A DNA stretch of 64,000 bases, from the NCBI GenBank assembly GCA_951406725.2, contig OX597820.1, forward strand, positions 47,058,001 to 47,122,000, given 5' to 3'. The stretch is from Octopus vulgaris (lineage: Eukaryota). The notes below the pieces were generated by a model. That model was not told where the DNA came from. It was given only the letters and a program-made list of their open reading frames with translations, and ran no database searches. Below, one piece after another: positions 30,716 through 46,083 of this stretch. Made by a program: the position numbers and the translations under genes. How positions within the stretch are numbered: the stretch's first letter is position 1; each line of letters begins with the position of its first letter.

Positions 30716-31333
30716 ATAGACAAAAAAAAAAGGCTCATAAAATAACAGAGTCTTAGATACCCTAGCCATGGCTGGTACATCTCAGTTTGTAAATCAACAG
30801 AATTTGGTTCGATCGAAGCTAAATTACAACTCCAATAACATTTATAACAACTACACAAACATCAAGCAATTACAAAAACATCGACGAATTAGTGGTACTG
30901 GTGGTTGGGGCGGAATTCTACCGGCTTCGTGATGTATTCTTCACTATAAAATCTAGATAAATATGGTGAATATATGTGAATCTAGAGACACATGTATATT
31001 GTATTATATTAACATACTGGAGTTCACATTTTAAAATTTGAATGTCAGCTAATTTTCAAGGTTTTTGGCATTTGACAGAACAACATACAATAAAAATAAA
31101 ATTAAATCAATAAGAATTTATTTTTACTAATTCTACAAATATTTAACCAGTTTTTATATAATGCCAAAAATGGTATAAATTTTCCTATTTAAGGTTCAAC
31201 TATAATCTGACATATCGAACTTGATATCATTGATGTAATATATATGTATTTACTTAAAATGTTACCCAAAGCAAATTTTGATCAGTTTAAATATCAGGTT
31301 AAATAACATAGTACTTGTGAAGTTTTATAAATA

Positions 31334-32018
31334 ACTAGCAGCATAGCCCGGCGTTGCCCGGGTATGTAAGAGCCCCTAGTAGGCAACGACTAATCCCAAT
31401 CTAGCCCTTTCCCTCTAGGGAACGAAGGCGCATGTGTAGGTTGCAATGTCTTCTCTTCACTCCCAAATAACTATCAAACAGCTATCGATAATTCAACCCA
31501 ACCAATTCCTACCAGGAAGAAATTACATTCGAGACTTTACCCCCAACACCGCCACTTCTGCTAGTAGCTGCTGCAGCCGCAAGTTATTCGAATAATTTTT
31601 TTGTTTACACTTTTTTTATAACTACCACTCCAAACGTTTTACCTTAAATTTTTGACGTACCCTAACGGTCCTCGGACGCTACTTGCAAACACTTGGTTTA
31701 TTATAAACTGCTTTTGTCGTGTGCATCAAAAAACCTTTTCCATTCGTTTGTTCAGTTTGGTCGAGTTGCGTCCCCTAGACAGTCTGTAGAAAATGTGTTG
31801 CATATAAAAAGCTTAGATTCTCGACCCATGTCGAGTTTATAAATTTTTTTTCAGAACTGGGGGAACTTTTCAAAATTTTCGCTGCGTTAGTTTTGAATTA
31901 TGACATTGGGCTACGTGTGTGTCAAGTTTCATCAGAATCGGTTGAAAGCCGTGGTCAGGGTGAGGGTACAACCTGACAGACACACAGACAGACAAACTGC
32001 CGTTTATATATAGAGAGA
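31334..32018 (-). mobile_element. Non-autonomous Helitron
   Basis: Minus strand starts TCTCTCTATATATAAAC with (GTCT)n near the 5' end. It ends CCCGGGCAACGCCGGG-CTATGCTG-CTAGT, the same terminal design as 16272-16571. Confidence 0.85.
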
Positions 32019-32149
32019 TACATAAAACATCTTTAAAAATGTGGAGTCAACTTTATACATTTTGGTATTAAACTTTTCAATCATAAAACTATGTTATCAA
32101 CCAATAAACTTTCGCGATAGACTTACATATCATTTTCTAATATGTGATG

Positions 32150-34680
32150 TACTTCAATGTTTGTAGTGAAAGTCATTTCACGTCTCTTGCTTTGTCATCT
32201 CTTTTGAGCGTAATCACCGTTTCTTCGACAGGTTACAGTGTTCGTGTCTTTGAGAAAATCTCATACTGTTGGTTGCTAACTCAGAGCCGGTTGCAGTAAA
32301 ATTAGGGTTAGGGTTTTAAACGTTTGCCCCTGGGCTTCATTTGTTCATCGTAGAATAAGAGAGTCGCAGTTGATACTGGATCCTTTGTAATGCAAAGGGA
32401 ATGTCAGTATCACTGAGATTTCATCTAATTTTAAGGGCGAGCACTCTAGAGCTTGTAGGTGAACCATCTATCAATGACGCTTCCAGACTATTTTCATGTA
32501 ACCGGAATGTCTTCGTAGGTGTTCTATTACTCACTCCTTGACTAGTAGAGATTACAAAATAGCATGACGATGGCGTCATGTATTTAGTTTAGATGATGGA
32601 AAAATATGTCAAGCGGGTGTAAGTGGTGGGGGACATGGGTTTCATTGTTGCAAGAAAAAGAATCGATGCCTAGATGTGTTTTGTGTTTTGATGGAAGTCT
32701 ATTTAAATCTTCGTTTAAAGTAGGTCACTTGGCATCTTTGGGGAATAAAGTCACTCTTAGCTCCATTTCCTGCGATTTCAGTAACCAATGGCTCATTTCA
32801 ATAACATACGGCAGGAATATTAATTACATCAGCTCAACATCATTTAGAGTGCTGGGAGACGCTACCACTTCCAAGTTGAAGTCGTTTAGAAAACTTTTGT
32901 TCGTTCATATTTGCTTTTATATTCTGAGTTAGCTTAAGTTGTTAAAAATGATATCACACATGAAACCATTTGCTGTCTGTATTTACTTCAGCAGCTGGAG
33001 TAACCAGAGGATCAACGAGGAGAATTTAATTGACACCATTCTTCCAAAAGGATAATATTAGCACCGAATACAGATTCACTTTCCATTATGTCTTGTAAGC
33101 AATTATCAATTACAAGGCAACAAAGTACGATCTTATTGATGTTTCATTAACGATTAACATTTTTTTACTGCTCTTAGGTTATTAGCTCGTTCAGAGGAAG
33201 ATGCAACATTACAAACACTTTTTGTCGTAGATACTGTGATAAGTGATAAAAGTGTTGTGGCCCTGCCAGTCCATGCATTGTAGATGTAGTAGTGTTACCT
33301 GCTGCAAAATGGAAGTGCAATATGTTGAGTAGTTACGTTTTTCTTGGTATATTCGATGCATCTGAATAAAAGCATCTTTTATGATTTTAGATCTCCACCA
33401 ATATCATCTCTTGCTAAATTACCCATATGAACGTTATTTAATTGACTTTTATTGTTACTGGCGAAATTAAGGTGGCACCCTTCTACTTTGACGTATGTAC
33501 CAACAGCATGTTATTAAAATAATTTCCCTGATCGGTGAATGGGATTAAAATAGCTCCTTATTGCCAAACGGTAATTGCAATAATTTTGCATCGTAATTTG
33601 GACATGCTTTATGCGAATGTGTTTAGTCTTGTTCTCCATTTGTTAATAGTAATGGATTACCTGTGGCGCGATATATAATAGTCTCTTTTTTTTTATAAAG
33701 AACTATATTTTGAAGTACTAGGGGTGTATAAGATTCACCAATAAATATTCCGACCAAATCTTTGCTTGCAGAATAGTTCTACCTTCTTTAATGAAGAACC
33801 GCAACAAATTGCATAGCATTTTTTCCAGGTTGCCTATTTTCTTCCACTTACAATTCTGTTGTTTTCATATTTTCTCACACTGTTGCTTAGAGTTTGTTTT
33901 CTACCACAGAAGGTTTTTCAACTACTGGCATTAAATAATGTTTGTTTCTGAGGCGCAGCAACAGGTGGCTACATTGCTTCATATACTTTAACAAAATAGA
34001 ATTATCCATAACTCTTTTTGTCGTCAACTCCTGGTTATGTTCTAACATGATGATAAACGTGACGTAATAAGCAGAACGAATAGGCACCGACGCTGGTGAC
34101 TGCATATTAACCCTAAATAAAACGAATAAAAAATGCAGAATTGCAGTTTCGAATGCATTGCTTGAAGTGGGTCTCTTAGCAACCATACATCAAAATATTG
34201 GCCCTTTTCTCAAAGTGTCGGTCGCTCTCTGACAAATTTGTGGTTGAGCCTGTGGCAGTGGAAACATCCGACGTTCTTAGCCTTCGGACTACACTGCTCC
34301 CTATCCGCAAGTACGAGCTCCGTGAGTCGGAATTACTGTTCCAGCGCATCTTCTTCACCATCGTCTGGGGCAATGCCTTTTCCATTGTGTCCGCCGAGAC
34401 CATGAGACAAACTTGACAAATTCCTTTAGTTAGATTACTTATAATACGTCAAATAATCGCTTGAACTGAGCAGGATGTTCTTGAAAGTCTAGTTTTGATA
34501 GCTCTGCCATACTGACAAATTCAATGATACGTTTTCCACTCGTAAGGCTCCACAGTATTGAAGTACAATGTTTATCCACTATTAAAGTCTCGAATTATAT
34601 CATTATCAGAAATTTGGAATTGTCATTGTCTTCTTTGAGACACATTTTCATATTTTTCCCTTCGCTCATTTTCTCCCTTT
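32150..34680 (-). pseudogene. Decayed, internally deleted autonomous Helitron Rep-helicase
   Basis: Hand translation of the minus strand gives IRNCNSAF (~34150) and YRLAIRSYFNPIHRSGKLF**HAVGTYVKVEG (~33570-33480) for the Rep region. LNRLPSKHKTHLGIDS, AIVMLFCNL and SDTDIPFALQRIQYQLRLSY...AQGQTF (~32420-32320) match the PIF1-type helicase C-terminus. Many stops and frameshifts. Confidence 0.85.
34195..34416 (+). mobile_element. 3' tip of a CRE-like RLE non-LTR retrotransposon nested in the Helitron
   Basis: KCRSLSDKFVVEPVAVETSDVL...RESELLFQRIFFTIVWGNAFSI fits the KY...PxAxETxG...LxQRIS...RGNA C-terminus of CRE-clade elements. It is more GC-rich than its flanks. Confidence 0.65.
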
Positions 34681-34803
34681 TTCATGTTCTGAATGTAATG
34701 TTCTCTTTCATTATTCATATTCTCCCTCTCCACCTCTCCCTATCTCTTTGTATCTCTGTCTCTTTATCGCTTTCTCTCTCTCTATGTATCTCTCCCTCCC
34801 TCC

Positions 34804-34854
<51 letters not shown>

Positions 34855-35298
34855 CTCTGATCCTCTTGTTACGAATTTACGAAAAGTAATCTTCTAATGG
34901 TGCTGTTCTCCGTGTCTCCTAATTCTGAAGATAATCTCTTTCGTTTTCTTTCTTATTTATTTTTCACTCTTATTCCCACGTTTTTCAAGATTTCATTTCT
35001 TCTTTGCTTGTCCATATGACCTTAGTGCGTCGTATCAATTTTCTCTTCTATTTCGGAGAACATCATTATTAATGCTGTTAGGCAAGTTATGATGTATCTT
35101 TTCTGTTCTGCAACACATGCCCCACCTCGATATATGACTTAAATGCACTCAGGCTTCTTATATACTGTGTCTGTTGCAGTTTCGAATTTCATGACACTCC
35201 TCTTCTCATAAACGTTCACGCCGTCCTCTCAGACGTTCTCGCGCACTGAAGCACTATCTTAATTACTTCTATGTTGGCTTTCCATTCAACAGAAATGT

Positions 35299-35892
35299 AA
35301 ATGAATAAAATATATTTTTTTCCAAGGGGAACAATTTCTGTCAGTCGGATTCACATATCGGAGGGAAAAGCGATTTAATTCAACATATAGCGAACGTACA
35401 ATATGGGATTTAAGCGATAAACAATATTTAAAAAAATGAAATATCATTAATCCTTATTATTGATGAACAAATAAAATTAAGAGGGGCACAATAATCCCAG
35501 TGACATTAGAAGGCATTCATGTGAAAAACATTCTTTGGTCTGTTTGTATGTAATTGCAAAAGAGAGACAATTATAGAATATTGTATTGTATGCAAAAATG
35601 AATAAAATATATATTTTTCAAGGGGAACAATTTCTGTCAGTTGGATTCACATATCGGAGGGAAAAGCGATTTAATTCATCATATAGCGAACGTACAATAT
35701 GGGATTTAAGCGATAAACAATATTCAAAAAAATGAAATATCGTTAATCCTTATTATTGATGAACACATGAAATTAAGAGGGGCACAATAATCCCAGTGAC
35801 ATTAGAAGGCATTCATGTGAAAAGCATTCTTTGGTCTGTTTGTAAGTAATTGCAAAAGAGAGACAAATATAGAATATTGTAGTGTATGCAAA
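35299..35892 (+). repeat. Tandem duplication of a ~298-bp unique segment
   Basis: AATGAATAAAATATAT...CAAGGGGAACAATTTCTG...GTATGCAAA occurs twice (35299 and 35597) with few substitutions. Confidence 0.92.
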
Positions 35893-36457
35893 TTATGATG
35901 CTAAATGCGGATCACCACAGTCTCATACGTACGTCGTTCATAGGAACGTATGCATAGAATCAAATATTAAACTTCAACACGCACACACACACACACACAC
36001 ACATACACAATATACATATATAAATTCGTAGTACGGATGCAGAGAATCCTGTGGTTATCACAGGAAGCTCCTCTAGCAAACTAAATGACAACATTTTTTA
36101 TGGTTTAAATATATATATAAAGAGAAGATTGCATTGTTTATACCATTTATTCTTTTGAATAGTATCAGTGGAATTTTCGAAATATGTGTCGAAAGTAAAA
36201 ATATTTGATTTACACCTGCGTAAAACTCCATTTATTTATTCACATATATGTATATATATAAGTGGATGAATGAATTATCCTTTGTTTCCAGTTAACACGG
36301 AACATTCAATAAACAGTAACCAGGGTAGCAAAATTTACGCAAGTAACAAGGATGTAGCGACCTATTCAAAGGTAGAAACTCTGGGTTAATGTGCAGTAAT
36401 TTGTATAGTATAAGTAAATAAATGGAGTTGAATACAGGTGTTATTCAAATTCTTTTA

Positions 36458-36543
36458 CTTTCGACGTATGTTTCGAAGACAACATTGGTTTTATTCCAAA
36501 GGAATAAACGGTGTAAAATAATGTAATCTTCTCATCAGGAAAG
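36458..36543 (-). ncRNA. Type I hammerhead ribozyme (canonical core)
   Basis: Minus strand reads CTTTC-CTGATGA-GAAGA...TCTTC-GAAAC-ATAC-GTC-GAAAG. All three stems pair, with a GUC cleavage site. Confidence 0.85.
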
Positions 36544-36782
36544 AAAGAACCTATCTCAATAACAAGACATTTTTTTCCAAGCCTTTGAACATTTTTTTCA
36601 ACCAATATATCCCTCTTTATTTGTTCTCTACTTATTATTTCTTTACCCATTCTCTTTCTAGGGTCTGCCTTTGACGTCGGATCTACTAACAGTTTTTTTT
36701 AAATACTTAATAGCGTTCTGTTTATCATTTATGCAGTCATCAAAATTGTTATAATGTCTTGTTGTTGAGATAGGTTCACTTT

Positions 36783-36865
36783 CTTTCCTGACGAGATTAC
36801 ATTATTTTACACCGTTTATTCCTTTGGAATAAAACTAATGTTGTCTTCGAAACATATGTCGAAAG
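36783..36865 (+). ncRNA. Type I hammerhead ribozyme, inverted partner copy
   Basis: CTTTC-CTGACGA-GA...CTTC-GAAAC-ATAT-GTC-GAAAG. Stem III is palindromic (ACATATGT) and stem II has a 3-nt deletion. Confidence 0.75.
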
Positions 36866-37589
36866 TAAAAGAATTTGAATAACACCTTTGTTCAACTCCA
36901 TATATATACTGATATATATATAGCAAAACAAAGTGGTGTCAATCAGGGATATTAATCTAAGCGAAATACTTCTTAAGCTCTCTGCAGATGAAAATACGTC
37001 AGGCTGAGAAAAAAAGGTCTTGTGATTGGTATAGTACTCCAGGTAATCTGAAATCGAATTTGTATATATATGTTTCATTACCCTGTTAAGATGCTATGTT
37101 TTTACAAAGTGATGCAGGAAATGGACAGAAATAATGGGTTTTATACATTTATTCATTTATTTGATTATTATTAATTTGGTTACGTTGTTCTTGTTCTTGA
37201 ATAGCATTTTTCTTTAGACATCTCTTTAATTTTGGTGTCTATTTTCAAACCCCGACACCCAATAGGGGTGATGTTATATATTCGGTTGAGTCAGTTAAAC
37301 TTCAATTCTTCTTTGTTTTAGTCTTTTAGTTCACATTTGACAAACGTCTAATTTGTTGAAGATAATTTTGGCTAATTGGGTTAATTAATTTAAACTCAGT
37401 TCTTATAAAATTGTTTAATAGCTATGGAGAATAGTTTAATTAAATTACTTTTTAAAAAATTCAGTTCCAATAAGGGAGAAAAGGATTAAAACAAAGCTAA
37501 GATGAGAGTAAAATTACTTAAAACAGAACTTAAGTATCATTCTGTAAATATGTCTGCCATATAAGTTAAAAAAAAAAAAGGATCTTTTT

Positions 37590-37887
37590 CAGTCATAAAC
37601 AATCATGGGGTTGCACTTAGAGGGTTCCTCTCTGAGGCACAAATCCGAATCAGGTTGTTTACGGAAGACCAGCAGTCGTCCATTCATACCAGTCTCCCCT
37701 CTCCGCGCCACCGATGTTATCTAAGGTAAAGGCCGATACAGCTTGGCAACTCATTTCTCGTACAGCTATGTGAACTGGAGCAAAGTGAAATAAAGTGTCT
37801 TGCTCAAGATCACAACACAACACAACACACAACTCGGTCCGGGAATCGAACTCACTACTTCTAACCACTGAGCCGTGCGTCTTCACA
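37590..37887 (-). mobile_element. SINE family D
   Basis: Reverse complement of 26359-26700. Confidence 0.8.
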
Positions 37888-38375
37888 TATAAGTATAGCT
37901 TGTATGAATACTTCAAATGAAAATATACTACATACGTATATTGTTGAAATAAATTTTGATAATTTCCACTGCTCAGTGGAGTCAGAAAATGTACTTCGCT
38001 CAATGGCTTTGTTGCTAGAGTCCCACCAAGGTCGCTTTCCTCGACTAAAGCGTCGTAGATGGATACGTTGTTATAAACAAGTGCATTAATATATGTATAA
38101 TACAAGCAACAAGCCTCAAATCTTAGGGGTAAATTACAGTCCATTATATTTATCCCAGGAAGATGAAAGGATAAGTCGACCTTAATTAAATTAAATGTAA
38201 TACAGTACTTAACTAAGTCATATGTAATGCTTATTTATTCACAGGGCTTTGAATTAATCATGCATTATCTTGTAATTTTGAGATTTTAATGATGCAATTG
38301 ATTATTTTCAGAATGACATTGTAGTGTATGAGTGAGAGGCCAAATCAGGCTAGTTGGAACATAAAACAAGGTTTT

Positions 38376-38458
<83 letters not shown>

Positions 38459-39034
38459 TGTCTTTCTGCTTGACCCCATCATCGCTTGACAATCGATGTT
38501 GCTTTGCCTGCGTCCCCGTAATTTAGCAGTTTGTCAAAATACGTGCGATGCTAAGAGCACAAATATATACTGTATCAGACAAGAACCGCCTGGAATGTGT
38601 GCCAGAAGTGCCAGGTCACGTAATTTCAGCGTACTGTGTTTCTTCAGTGACAGGTGTCCGCTTGTCTCAGCCAAGCCAAATCCCGCTGTTAACGGTTTAT
38701 AGACTAACAGTGATTTTTCACAGCGCTCTTAGCACAGTGCGTCTGTAGGAGAAAACCTCTCAAGGCGTATACCGCAGTATAGGGCATTCTAATAATACGC
38801 TCACGTTAAGAAGGATGGAAAGAACGCTATTCGTTTAACTTTAAGATTTACGGTACATTGGAATCTGTTAGGAGGCCTATGGCATACAGGAACAACAAGA
38901 TTGGGAAACCTTCTGATAATATAAACCTTTCCATAGCTTTATGTAAATATCTGGAAGGTTCATATTACAGGGCTTTGATGAAGTTCTTTATAGACCCCTC
39001 TCTATGCATACATGCGTGTGTATGCACACACACA

Positions 39035-39140
<106 letters not shown>

Positions 39141-39307
39141 AAATGGCGAGGGAGTTACTTAAACAAAATAGTAAACCTTGTTTTCAGTTGATTTGTAGTT
39201 CGAAAAACAGAGAAAATGTACACAATACACATTGTAAATTATAATTATTGTATGCAGCTAATTACTTCTGTCTCTTTGTCTCACTCTCTCCCCCTCTCTT
39301 CCTCACT

Positions 39308-39354
<47 letters not shown>

Positions 39355-39410
39355 CATACACACTAATTACTTAGTATTACTTAATTACTTAGTATTACTT
39401 ATACACACAC

Positions 39411-39454
<44 letters not shown>

Positions 39455-40017
39455 TAATGCTTTTCTTTTTACTGTAGCGTCAGGTTGACCAACGCCTTGC
39501 GAGTGGAATTTGTTAGACGGGAACTGCGGAACTTCGTCGCCAACATACTTTCACTCACACACACGAACGCACGCATGCGCTCGCACACACACAACACACG
39601 CACAAACACGTATGTATGTATGTATTCAGTTATGTGTGTGTGAGTGAAATACTTCTGAAATATGTACCAGAATGTAAACCAAGATGGTATACTCTGAGAC
39701 TGAAGATGGAATCAAAGATTTCTTGATAAGGAATCAGAACTGCTGGAATGACATTTTGTGTATTTGTACAAGAGTGTGGCATTTGTATACCTTAACACAC
39801 ATGCATACACACGCACATACACACATATTCATACAAAAACACTACGTGTACACACATACACACACATCCGCGCTCGCATCCTCACACACATATACAAGTC
39901 GAGATAAGCGCACATATGTCTATGTGTGTGTGTGGATGTGTATATGGGGAAAGAGAGAGAGGGCGAACGAGAGCTAAATAGACAGACTGACAAACTGACA
40001 GACAGACGGACAGATAA

Positions 40018-40054
<37 letters not shown>

Positions 40055-40068
40055 TAGATAGATTGATT

Positions 40069-40120
<52 letters not shown>

Positions 40121-40819
40121 CTTGTATGTATACACACAAACACACCTACACACGCACGCCCACACGCGTGCACAAGCAGACAGACAGACAGACAGACACA
40201 CACACACACACACACACCCACACACACACACCAATACATACATGCATACAGGTAGACAGACCCGCATTCTCATTTATCTTGTTCATTTATTCTTTTAAGA
40301 CTTTCAGATTTGTTTCAATCCCTACCAATTCCTACCCACTTTTCACACTCACATGCGCGCGCACACACGTAAACACACACAGACTCATACGCACATGTTT
40401 GTTTACATGCACACACACACACACACATTTATGTATACACGTACACGCACACATTCTCATTGACTCACGAACGGCAGACACAAACACAGAAATTTTTTGT
40501 AAAAAGAAGTTTAAAAAATACAGACACAGCCGGGGTGGTAGTCGTGGAGGTGGTGGTGGTGGGTATCTTAGTGACATACAGACAGATACAGAGTAAACCT
40601 CCTATCGCTACCCGCCCCCATACCGACATATAGTTCATTAACTATAAAAACATTTCATATATTAAACTATCTTATCGTCTGCATTTCACCTGCCCGCACA
40701 CAGCTCTATATCAATCCACACCTACCCGCACTGTCCTCTGCATCTAGCATTTCCCTATATTTGCCCACTCCTACACACACTTTTTACTGTATCTAGCATA
40801 TACAATCCACATATAACGC

Positions 40820-42165
<1,346 letters not shown>

Positions 42166-42959
42166 AATGTATGTGAAGATCATGGTTTCGATTTCCAGAT
42201 CGGCGGTGCGATGTGTTCTTGAGCAAAACGCTTCATTTCACGTTGGTCCAGTTCACTCAACTGAAGATGGATAACCCTCCGACAGACTGGTGTTCGGTTC
42301 ACGGGGAATTTTGGCCTGCCCGCCTAATCAGTGGGGTGTTATCATTCAAAAGTTAAAACAGTACGTGGAAGCACGCTGTAACCAGCGGTGTATAACAATA
42401 GCCGACAAGCAGGTTGATATAATGACGATACAATATATACCCACATTTACTATTATACATATCCACGAGTACGAATATATATAACCTACATATTACCACG
42501 CTTTTTACATATGTCTAACCTCACATAGTACCATATTTACCCACATTCAACTACACTGTTCTCTGTTTCAACCCGCATATAGTCCCAATATTTATCTAGA
42601 TATAAATATATCCCACCTCCATTTTCCCGCATCTGCTAACACATATACCAGAGTTTATATACCTTTACACAACTCTCTTCTATATCCACCTATACTATCT
42701 TTATCTTTATTGCTTAGATGTGGAAGGTCGGTGCTCTTCGTAGGATTCCTAGACAATTAAAATAGTAGTAGTTTGGTCGGATGGTAAGAAATTCGCTTTA
42801 CAATCACGGAGTTCCAATTTCGATCATAAGGTGAAGCATCTTAGACAAAGTTTTTTTTTTATTTTTTACCGTAGCTTTGGTATAAACTTAGTCGACAAGA
42901 ACAGCGTGAAAGTTCGTCGGATGGATCCTATTTGTAGTTCGAAAGTCCAACATTATCAT

Positions 42960-43497
42960 CCTTATCGAAGGCAGAGGTATTGTTTTCAGTCGTGTTTGTC
43001 TGCGAAGAAGATATCTCAAGAACCGCTGAATGGATTCGTGTGAAACTTTCAGGGATGTTTGGCCTCGTGACTGGTACGAACTCATTAGATTTGGGGATCA
43101 ATCCGGTAGCGGACAAGGATGCTGGATTATTTTTCCTGTTTTTTAACTTAATTTTTGAGAGCGGTCGCGTTCATTTTTAGTATTCTCGTTTGAGAGAGCA
43201 GTCGAGTTTATTTCAGATATGGATTCGTGTGAAACTTTCAGGGATGTTTGGCCTCGTGACTGGTACGAACTTATTAGATTTGGGGATCAATCCGGTACCG
43301 GACAAGGATGCTGGATTATTTTTCCTGTTTTTTTACTTAATTTTTGAGAGCGGTCGCGTTCATTTTTAGTATTCTCGTTTGTGAGAGCAGTCGAGTTTAT
43401 TTCAGATATTCTCATTTTAAAACTCGTCTCTGGTTAATCATTGGGAGAAGGTTGATGTTGCCTTGGCGGAGGTTTGCACAAACAGAGTGCTCTTGCT
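42960..43497 (+). mobile_element. Non-autonomous Helentron/HINE-like element with an internal ~190-bp tandem duplication
   Basis: Homologous to 62263-62620, with a 3' CCTTGGCGGAGGTTTGCAC...GTGC subterminal IR plus hairpin. ATGGATTCGTGTGAAAC...TTCAGAT is repeated. Confidence 0.65.
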
Positions 43498-44009
43498 TAA
43501 ATTGAAATTACTTCTGCTGTAGTATTTTAAAGCTTCAACTTCTTATCGTCTACTTTTTCAGGTTCATTTAATTTATAATATTATCGCTCCTGCGCCTGCA
43601 CCTTCTTTTAAATCCTCTTTTTTCTCGGCAACGCTTTTTTATTCATAAAGAATCGTTTGGCAGTTCATAAGGTACCGAGAATCGAAGCTCCAAGGATTTT
43701 GCAGATACTGGAGCCCAATTTTTTTTGCTCTAACTCCTGTTAAAATATATGTTAATAAACTATGAATAAAATTTGTAACGGCCAATGAATGTGTACCATC
43801 CATATTGTGAGGAGGATTCTTTCGTGCTCTAGTACCGGGGTAAGAAATTCTTTGTGGTGATGGTGGAGGGGGTACCGAATAAGAAATATTCTCCAAATCC
43901 CGGTCTCGGGATTTGAAACTGGTCAGTAGAAGATACATGAAATGGCGATACAGATGTTCTATTGTTACACCGCAACCCGACCGTTCCACTGCAGAAACGC
44001 ATAGATGCA

Positions 44010-44067
<58 letters not shown>

Positions 44068-44557
44068 CATACACACGCACATACAATAAACATAGCTCCA
44101 CATACACATATAACCACACATCCGCTTTCGTACTTACAGAAATACACAGACACATGCCCACTGACATGCAAGCATGCACACATTCTATTTCTCTCACACA
44201 CCTCCACACATACACTCACACACGCACACACACACACATATGCCCACATACATTTGCGCGCGCGTAAAGTAAAAGGAAGCAGATATATTGTACTAAGAAC
44301 ACGTTGGTTTTGTGTTCAAATCCACTGCAGGCGGTTTGGTGTATATTTGAACAGTGGAAGTTTCAAATTACTTGGCTGTTAATAATAAGTACCAGATCAT
44401 CGAGGAATGCTACCAACAATACCATCACCAACACCAACATCACCACCAACAGTACCACAATCACCTCCACCACCACCACCACCACCAAGAACAACCACAA
44501 CACTTCTTCCACCACTATTTACTACTACCACTACTACTACTGCTGCTGCTGCTTTAT

Positions 44558-44589
<32 letters not shown>

Positions 44590-44665
44590 GCTGCTGCTAC
44601 TGCTGCTGCTGCTACTGCTACTAATACTACTACTGATGCTGATGCTGCTACTACTACTACTGCTG

Positions 44666-44709
<44 letters not shown>

Positions 44710-44854
44710 GCTACTACTACTACTACTACTGCTACTACTGCTACTGCTGCTGCTGCTGCAATAACAACAATGACAACATTATCAGCCAGTAACAACAACA
44801 ACACTAACACCAATGCCAACATCGCCAGCCATACCAGCCAGCTTTTAGTCTATG

Positions 44855-45200
44855 CGTTTGGAGCCAGGTTTTTTAAGTGGTTGATATTGGGTTGGATTAG
44901 CTGTGCAGCTGTGTCTGCGGAATGTTGAGAAGAGGCAACGGTGATGTCATCTGCGTATGTGGCCGTACGTGAGTATGGTTCTGTGGCTGTGTGTGTTATG
45001 TTTTGCGAGGGAGGGAGGGAGGACGGCGAGGGTGCGAGTGAGAAGGTCACCTAAGTATAAGCTGAAAAGAATGACTGAGGTCAGAATTTCGTGGCACTCT
45101 GTTCCGGCGGGGTGGGGTGAGGTGGGGGGATTGCAAATTCAAGACGTCTATTTTTGGTGCTGCTTGTTTTATACCGTCGTGATCGTTGTGGGTGCCGTGG
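44855..45200 (-). pseudogene. LINE reverse-transcriptase fragment
   Basis: RVPRNSDLS../LFSLYLGDL (GVPQGSVLSPxLF-like), followed by TYADDITV. Confidence 0.75.
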
Positions 45201-45208
45201 CCATTGTA

Positions 45209-45239
<31 letters not shown>

Positions 45240-45825
45240 CTTCCCCAGATCGTGTAGATTTACGATCAAAAGCATTAGAACCATAACGACATTTTATTTA
45301 TCTATTTGTCTATTTACTGTCAGACTGTTGGTTATTTTATGCAGTTTAGTGTAGGATATCACTTGAGGGAGATTTGGCTGCTATTTCAAGCGGATTAAGT
45401 GAACGCGTAGAAAAGCCCGCGTTGGTTCGACATACTTTATGCCCCTATTCTGTTTGAGATCAACAACAGAAGACAACAAATCGAACGGACCATCAGATTA
45501 AACAACTGGAACACACACAAAGCGAGGAAGAGAAGGAGAAAGAGGGGCAGAGAGAAAGAGAGGTAGAGAGAAGACAAAAAAATACTAAGAGTTACATACA
45601 ACACACCACATTGTTCACACGACAGAAGACAACATATTAAAGAAGGCAAACCTGCAGACTTAGAGCACTTAGAGCACTCCCAGGCACTGCACGTGGTCGA
45701 AACAAAAGTACAAACATAGCGTATAAACAATATGTTGGATCCATCAAAGATTGCCAATCCTACTTGGGCTCTTGAATGTCTCCATAGTGATTCACAAAAA
45801 CTACAAACAATACAAAATATCTCAT

Positions 45826-45861
<36 letters not shown>

Positions 45862-46042
45862 GTCACCATCGACATCGTCATCATCATCATTAGCGTCATC
45901 ATCACCGTCATCATCATCGTCACCATCGACATCGTCATCATCATCATTAGCGTCATCATCACCGTCATCATCATCGTCGTCGTCGTCATCATCGTCGTCG
46001 TCGTCGTCATCATCATCATCATCGTCACCATCGTCATCGTCG

Positions 46043-46083
<41 letters not shown>

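Noticed and set aside
32302-32313. Interstitial telomere TTAGGGTTAGGG
   Set aside because: Only two units, within the Helitron remnant. Chance level.
32150-35290. Host gene or Fanzor/TnpB-type nuclease in the long non-repetitive stretch
   Set aside because: The recoverable motifs are Helitron Rep/helicase, and I saw no RuvC-like motifs. A profile search would be needed to exclude this fully.
39695-39760. Hammerhead at CTGAAGATGG (also CTGAGGAAGG at about 8395)
   Set aside because: No downstream GAAA/stem III/UH arrangement.
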